This document shows positions 42,804 through 47,754 of a stretch of DNA of 47,754 bases, in pieces. Origin of the DNA: Candidatus Latescibacterota bacterium (GTDB lineage Bacteria > Hydrothermota > Tepidihabitantia > Tepidihabitantales > CAIPLT01); NCBI GenBank assembly GCA_018335915.1, contig JAGXRL010000158.1:1-47754 (forward strand), written 5' to 3'. The translations under genes were made by a program, and so were the position numbers. The notes beneath the pieces are model-generated. The model was not told the origin of the DNA, searched no databases, and saw only the letters and a program-made list of their open reading frames with translations. The first letter of the stretch is position 1. The number at the start of each line of letters is the position of its first letter.

Positions 42804-43685
42804 ATGTCAAAAAAAAGTATTTTCTTGTTAATAGCCAGCGTTGTCATGCTAAGTTTTTTCACGCCAGTCTTTGCCAACCTGCTTTTAAATCCCGATTTTG
42901 AAGCCTGGACTAATTTCCGACAGCCATCCGAATGGACGGTTGAAGATACGGTATACGCCAAAATTTATAAAGAGAGTACGCGGGTATTTCACGGAAATTA
43001 TGCGGTAAAAATGCAGAGATTCCAAATCGGCACCGGTAATAACAAGGGCATCTTTCAAAGAGTTGCAATTCCGGGTCGCGGTCGATACATAGCCAGCGTC
43101 CGTTTTTATCGTAATAACGACAGCGTGCTGGGCGGACTCACGATAACCTGGCGCAATGCCAACGCCGGTTTTATCAGTTCTTGGCCAGTTCTTTATACAG
43201 ATACAATTTTACCTTCTTGGCAGGTTGTCCGCAAGGCGGCAATAACCGATACTGCCCCAACTGGCGCTGTTTATGCGGATTTTATCATCCGCACTTATGG
43301 TCGCGGCGCGCCGACGCCAAGCCCATCGGGCGGGACGCTTTTTGTTGACAGCGTCTCTTTTGGTGCGGTTACCGCAATTGAGGAGATTGGCAATAGTATA
43401 AGCGCAAACCCACTTAACTTAGAAGTTAAACCGAATCCATTTTCGAATACGGCGCGAATCAATTTCTCGGTCAACCCCGCTGATTTTGGCGCGGTCAAAA
43501 TTTATGACGCCACCGGTAATCTGGTCAGAACGATCCGGTCAATCGGGCAAGCCGGCAGTTCGTATACAACAACCTGGGACGGACGAAACGAGAGAGGTAT
43601 TTTAAGCGCACCCGGCGTCTACTTTATCGTACTCGAGACCAAACAAGGTCAATCCCAAGCTTTGAAAACAATGTTTCTAAGATAA
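42804..43685 (+). CDS. Secreted protein with a CBM4/9-like N-domain and a T9SS C-terminal sorting domain
   Basis: 293 aa with a signal peptide. The NLLLNPDFEAW start is typical of jelly-roll carbohydrate-binding-like modules. The C-terminus reads VKPNPFSNTARINFSV...KIYDATGNLVRTI...TWDGRNERG...PGVYFIVLE... Confidence 0.8.
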   Translation: MSKKSIFLLIASVVMLSFFTPVFANLLLNPDFEAWTNFRQPSEWTVEDTVYAKIYKESTRVFHGNYAVKMQRFQIGTGNNKGIFQRVAIPGRGRYIASVRFYRNNDSVLGGLTITWRNANAGFISSWPVLYTDTILPSWQVVRKAAITDTAPTGAVYADFIIRTYGRGAPTPSPSGGTLFVDSVSFGAVTAIEEIGNSISANPLNLEVKPNPFSNTARINFSVNPADFGAVKIYDATGNLVRTIRSIGQAGSSYTTTWDGRNERGILSAPGVYFIVLETKQGQSQALKTMFLR

Positions 43686-43710
43686 TTTTAACATAACCAA
43701 GGAGGACAGT

Positions 43711-45282
43711 ATGATAAAAATACTGTTGTCAATTTTTGTATTGTTAAATTTTAGCATAACCATACTTGATGCTCAACCGCAAGGACAGGTTATCTGGTCG
43801 CGGCAGGGCACAGGCGGTATTTATGCCGCATTTCCTACTTACGATTATAACAATGACGGCATTGCTGATGTCGTGGCAGCGGCTTATTATGGTGCTTATC
43901 CGTCACCGCCAATCCGGCTCTTTTTAGTATCGGGTTCGGACGGCAGTGCAATCTGGACTCGTTCGGATTGTCAGGGTGTTTGGGGTAATCGGGGACTGTC
44001 AACGATTAGTGATATTTCCGGCGACTCGATTCCGGACATTATTATGGGCACGCCAGGCGGTATTTTTCCGGGCCGAACCGTGTTTGCCATCAATGGCGTA
44101 ACCAATGCTACGCTCTGGAGTAAATCTTATTATCCAGATGCGGGCTGGGTCTATTCAGTGCGGCCAACAGTCGATATTAATAATGACGGTTATCCAGAAG
44201 TACTGGCTGGTGTTGGCGGAGTATCGACAACCGGCAACCGGGGGGTCGCGCAGTGTTTTTGCGGACATACCGGCGATTCATTGTGGGCATTCAAACCGTA
44301 TGATGCGGTGATGTGTATTTTTCCGCATTATGATATTAATAACGACACGGTGCCCGAAGTTATTTTCGGAGCAGGCGGCAATGGTTATGATAATAAAATC
44401 TATTGTCTGAACGGCAGGACCGGCGCACAAATCTGGTCGTATAATACCGGCGGTTCGGTCGAATATGTTATAGGGATTGACGATATTAACGGCAATGGCG
44501 TGCCAGATGTGGTTGGCGGCGGCTGGGCTTATAAAGTTGTCTGCGTTGACGGTTTGACCGGCAGTTTGCTCTGGCAAAACACCTTGGGCAGCCCCAGAGT
44601 TATTTATGATTTAAGACGCATCCGCGATATTAACAATGACGGTTATGACGATATCGTGGTCGGGTCGTGGTCAAATCAGGTTACGGTTCTGTCTGGTTTA
44701 ACCGGCGCTATTTTATGGTCACAAACCGTTGGTGGTGATTGCTGGAATGTTGATACCCTGCCAGACATGACTGGTGACGGGATTCCAGAAGTCGTTGCCG
44801 GTGCAGTCAATGGCAGAAATGTTATGGTGCTCAACGGAGCCAATGGCAATATTATCTGGCAATATAATTTCATTGACCGTGTGTATGATGTTGCTTGTGG
44901 TGCTGATTTTGACAATGACGGATATGTTGATGTATTGGTCTCCTTGCAAGACCAGAACAGCCAGCCCTATCAATTGTATGCGTTAAAAGGATTTGTAGCA
45001 GGTATTGAAGAAGAAAATATGTCGGCGTTCGTTCCGAAAATAAAAGTTATCCAGTTAAAAGACCGGGCACGGATTAAATTATCGGTTCCAGTCGGAAAAA
45101 AATTCCAAGCCGGTTTATATGATCTAGGCGGCAGGCGGGTAGAAAAAACACCGGCAACGATTGCACGAAACGAAACGAATTACATCGAATTCATTAAAGA
45201 CACAAAACCAGCCGGTATCTACTTTGTGAGAATTGAAATTGAGGATTACAAAACCGAGACGGTTAAGATTACATTATTCTAA
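43711..45282 (+). CDS. Secreted FG-GAP/VCBS-type beta-propeller repeat protein with a T9SS-like C-terminal domain
   Basis: 523 aa with an AGGAGG Shine-Dalgarno sequence and a signal peptide. Calcium-binding-like repeats recur (DYNNDGIADVV, DINNDGYPEVL, DINNDTVPEVI, DINGNGVPDVV, DINNDGYDDIV, DMTGDGIPEVV, DFDNDGYVDVL). The C-terminal beta-sandwich reads (GLYDLGGRRV...AGIYFVRIE...). Confidence 0.8.
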   Translation: MIKILLSIFVLLNFSITILDAQPQGQVIWSRQGTGGIYAAFPTYDYNNDGIADVVAAAYYGAYPSPPIRLFLVSGSDGSAIWTRSDCQGVWGNRGLSTISDISGDSIPDIIMGTPGGIFPGRTVFAINGVTNATLWSKSYYPDAGWVYSVRPTVDINNDGYPEVLAGVGGVSTTGNRGVAQCFCGHTGDSLWAFKPYDAVMCIFPHYDINNDTVPEVIFGAGGNGYDNKIYCLNGRTGAQIWSYNTGGSVEYVIGIDDINGNGVPDVVGGGWAYKVVCVDGLTGSLLWQNTLGSPRVIYDLRRIRDINNDGYDDIVVGSWSNQVTVLSGLTGAILWSQTVGGDCWNVDTLPDMTGDGIPEVVAGAVNGRNVMVLNGANGNIIWQYNFIDRVYDVACGADFDNDGYVDVLVSLQDQNSQPYQLYALKGFVAGIEEENMSAFVPKIKVIQLKDRARIKLSVPVGKKFQAGLYDLGGRRVEKTPATIARNETNYIEFIKDTKPAGIYFVRIEIEDYKTETVKITLF

Positions 45283-45293
45283 GTTAGATTTAA

Positions 45294-45328
45294 GGGACGC
45301 ACCCATAAAACTGGGAGCGTCCCTTTTT
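45294..45328 (+). terminator. Rho-independent terminator
   Basis: The stem gggacgc (45294-45300) / gcgtccc (45317-45323) is followed by ttttt, 11 nt after the stop of the FG-GAP gene. Confidence 0.75.
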
Positions 45329-45330
45329 AC

Positions 45331-45404
45331 TGGGCGATACCTGATTTGAACAGGTGACCTCATGCATGTGAGGCATGCGCTCTAACCAACTGAGCTAATC
45401 GCCC
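45331..45404 (-). tRNA. tRNA-Val (anticodon CAC)
   Basis: The 74-nt minus-strand sequence folds as a cloverleaf. The acceptor is GGGCGAT/ATCGCCC, the D arm is GCTC-AGTTGGTTA-GAGC, the anticodon stem is CATGC/GCATG with loop CTCACAT, and the T arm is ACCTG-TTCAAAT-CAGGT. The discriminator is A and no CCA is encoded. Confidence 0.93.
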
Positions 45405-45416
45405 GATTAAAAATGT

Positions 45417-45489
45417 TTTGGAGTTTCAGTGTTTAAAAGTTTACGAGTTGTTTCATAAACTCTCAACTCTGCAACTCTAAAACTCCAAA
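45417..45489. repeat. 10-bp inverted repeat with a 53-nt spacer containing a CAACTC stutter
   Basis: tttggagttt (45417-45426) pairs with aaactccaaa (45480-45489). The interior aaactctcaactctgcaactctaaaactcc has a 6-8-nt periodicity. It lies between the barrel-gene stop and the tRNA-Val 5' end. Confidence 0.6.
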
Positions 45490-45502
45490 TATTACGATTT
45501 TT

Positions 45503-47144
45503 TTAGAACTTAATATTTACGCCGACCATCCAGTTGCTTAAATTGGTCAGGTTGGCAAAGTTTAAAATATTGATTTCGACATTGTCATTAACTTTGAATC
45601 CCAAGCCGTAATGATAAGCAGTTGATGCGGAAAACGACACTTTGTCTTCAAATTTCAAATAATAAGAGTCGAGCTCGTCTTCACCTTCTTGTGTGGTCTG
45701 GATAAGCTCAGTCGGTTTGGTGCGGTGATAGATAGTGATTGAACCTTCGTCAATCAAGGTTTCTTCGTAGGTATTCGTAAATTTAAGAGTCATATTTTGC
45801 GTTGCGCCGAGCCGGAGACTGAAACGGTCAGTAAGCCGGGTTTCCAAGCCGACCGGGACGGTAAAAACAAACCCGCCATACTTATTGACGATTTCCCAGG
45901 TTTCATTGCTTGTAGACGACATCGTATATTCCAAAGTATCCGGATAATTGCGGTAATAATACATTTTGTATTTTCCTGGTTCGAGCGTCAATGTCGTCTT
46001 ACCGCTGATTAGAGCAGGGAGCAGACCGATAGCAAACATAGTATTCGTATTGAAAACATCAAAATGTTTTTCCAGACCAACTCCGATACCCAAACCAAAG
46101 TGGCTCATTGCGCCTTTGCCGTCCTGCGAAGCCAACTCAGATATGATGCGGCGTGACATGAGCGCGGTATCATAAACCGTGTATTCATAAGTCGTGTCGT
46201 AATAACTGTATTTCATTGGTTTATTGGCGTAGGCAATTTCGCCGAGATAAGTCAGCGAATAATCTTCGAACCGACGCTTATTTCGGCCGTTGAGGGCTAC
46301 ATAAAAACCGCTGTAGTCAAGTTTCTGTTCGGCTTTCCAGTATTCTTCATCCCGATATTCGAGATAAGAATTGATTTCCTGATAAGTTTCGCTTTCCAGA
46401 TAATTGACCGGGATATAACCGCCTTCTCTTTGATAACCATAACCGAGCGAGAATGCCATTTCATTGTCCGGTTCACCCATCGCGATACCGACTACGATTG
46501 GTACGGCAAATCTCTTCTCCGATGAGAGTTCTTCGCCAAACTCATAATAATAACTCGACATTTCCGGGTTGATATCGCGCGAGACCACAGAATAGATGGA
46601 CTTATACTCATAAGTGTACCATTCGGGCATGAGCAGCGCACCGATGTCAAAATTGTCCATTTTCTTGCCCCAGAGCAGATTAAAAGCAGTGTTTAGATTT
46701 TTGTAGGTGATAGTGCCTTTAAAAGAGTCAATCGAAGTAGTGTTGCCTTCAATTTCGGTTTCGTACTCATACATGCTCATTGCGTAATCGTAACCACCGA
46801 GTTCAAAGAGCGCGCCGAGTTTCATACCGTTAAACTCGGTAATGCCACCAAACAGATTATACGAAGAGTATATCGGTTCACTAGCCGAATTGAAAAACAT
46901 ATCGTCGCCCGAGCCGTGCAGGTTGGACAAGTTCGTATAAATCCGTTTACTCGACGCGGTTTACGAATGCGGGATTGTAGAAGATATCCGAATACTCGTC
47001 ATCAACAATACCGACCAGGGCCGGTGAGAGACCGCGCATGCGCATTGAGACCGGGACAATCGCAGATGCGATTGTCGCTGTCAGGATTATTCCTAACAGA
47101 ACAGATAACATATTTTTACTCATTGTGCCTCCTTTTGTTTGCAC
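45503..47144 (-). pseudogene. Outer-membrane beta-barrel-like protein gene split by a frameshift near 46930-46950
   Basis: A 65-aa ORF (46947-47144) carries the signal peptide (MSKNMLSVLLGIILTATIASA) and ends ...FYNPAFVNRVE*. A 475-aa ORF (45503-46930) in another frame has no signal peptide, has no ATG at its 5' end (TTG), and ends in ...VGVNIKF (a terminal Phe). The two frames overlap in aaccgcgtcgagtaaacgg. Confidence 0.55.
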
Positions 47145-47238
47145 AAAATACGTATTTATTTTACAAGATTATTTGTTCCTGTCAAGGGGTGATGGGTAAA
47201 ACTCAAAATTTTCGCAGCTTACAAATTAAAATTTACTA

Positions 47239-47266
47239 TTGACTGTTTGATTTATTTGTATAAAAT
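47239..47266 (+). promoter_or_regulatory. Sigma70-like promoter (TTGACT, 16-nt spacer, TAAAAT) for fabD
   Basis: ttgact lies at 47239-47244 and taaaat at 47261-47266. The fabD ATG follows 10 nt later with no Shine-Dalgarno sequence. Confidence 0.5.
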
Positions 47267-47276
47267 TAAGCAGTTA

Positions 47277-47754
47277 ATGACGAGATATTGTTTTCTTTTT
47301 CCGGGTCAAGGTTCTCAGTCTGTGGGAATGGGTAAAGACTTGTATGACGCTTATCCAGAAGTTCAGGAAATCTATGATAAAGCAGAAGCGATTTTAGAAA
47401 TACCGATTAAAAAACTATCATTTTTTGGTCCAGAACAAGAACTGCGCAATACCAACATAACTCAGCCGGCGATTTTAGTTCATTCAATCAGCGTGCTTGA
47501 GGTTTTAAGAAAAAACAAGATTGATTGTGAACTCGCCTGCGGCCATAGTTTGGGCGAATATTCTGCATTATATTGTGCTGGCGTGTTAAATTTTGAATCA
47601 GTTGTTAAACTGGTTAAACGGCGCGGCGAACTGATGTTTTCTGAAGGAGTGAAAAAGCCCGGCGCAATGGCGGCAATTTTAGGACTCGCCGACCAGGATG
47701 TGATAGATTTGTGTAAAAATATAACCGGCGTCGTAGTGCCGGCTAATTTTAATG
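47277..47754 (+). CDS. fabD: Malonyl-CoA:ACP transacylase (5' part, runs off the right edge)
   Basis: My own translation reads MTRYCFLFPGQGSQSVGMGKDLYDAYPEV...TQPAILVHSISV...ACGHSLGEYSALYCAGV. It contains the FabD FPGQGSQ and GHSLGE active-site motifs. There is no stop before the window end. Confidence 0.9.
   Translation, partial: MTRYCFLFPGQGSQSVGMGKDLYDAYPEVQEIYDKAEAILEIPIKKLSFFGPEQELRNTNITQPAILVHSISVLEVLRKNKIDCELACGHSLGEYSALYCAGVLNFESVVKLVKRRGELMFSEGVKKPGAMAAILGLADQDVIDLCKNITGVVVPANFN

Overview
This is a moderately AT-rich bacterial chromosomal window. Three secreted proteins end in T9SS-type C-terminal sorting domains, so I infer an uncultivated FCB-superphylum-like lineage. The housekeeping backbone is clear. 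dnaA is bracketed by two DnaA-box clusters plus a nearly pure A/T tract, which is probably oriC, and dnaN is not adjacent. There is an rplM-rpsI-rpsB-tsf-pyrH-frr-uppS-cdsA cluster, a gap-pgk-tpiA-secG-rplU cluster, thiE, folE2, tsaE, a crotonase-thiolase pair, tRNA-Val(CAC), and the 5' part of fabD at the right edge. Accessory content includes hypF and a solitary hypC, with carbamate kinase next to hypF. It also includes an FMN-binding protein upstream of an ECF sigma / anti-sigma / beta-helix membrane protein module, a TspO-GNAT-FeS-SdpI-like operon, a VOC gene and an alkyltransferase-like (ATL) gene separated only by an in-frame TAG, an envelope-protein trio, T9SS cargo proteins and an outer-membrane barrel gene split by a frameshift. 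The least explained content is non-coding. Five gene-free gaps are unusually large (about 350-700 bp). They are populated by (i) a GC-rich motif AATAGGTGCGGGGTTGAC, found as solo copies and as inverted doublets with a fixed 56-57 nt spacing (REPIN-like), several copies of which supply -35-like hexamers; (ii) short-period 'stuttering' imperfect palindromes (CACAGAGA/TCTCTGTG type and relatives); and (iii) a degenerate 12-nt-period tandem array. I found no CRISPR array, rRNA, or recognisable defence or toxin system. All protein family calls come from motif recognition by eye, not from searches.
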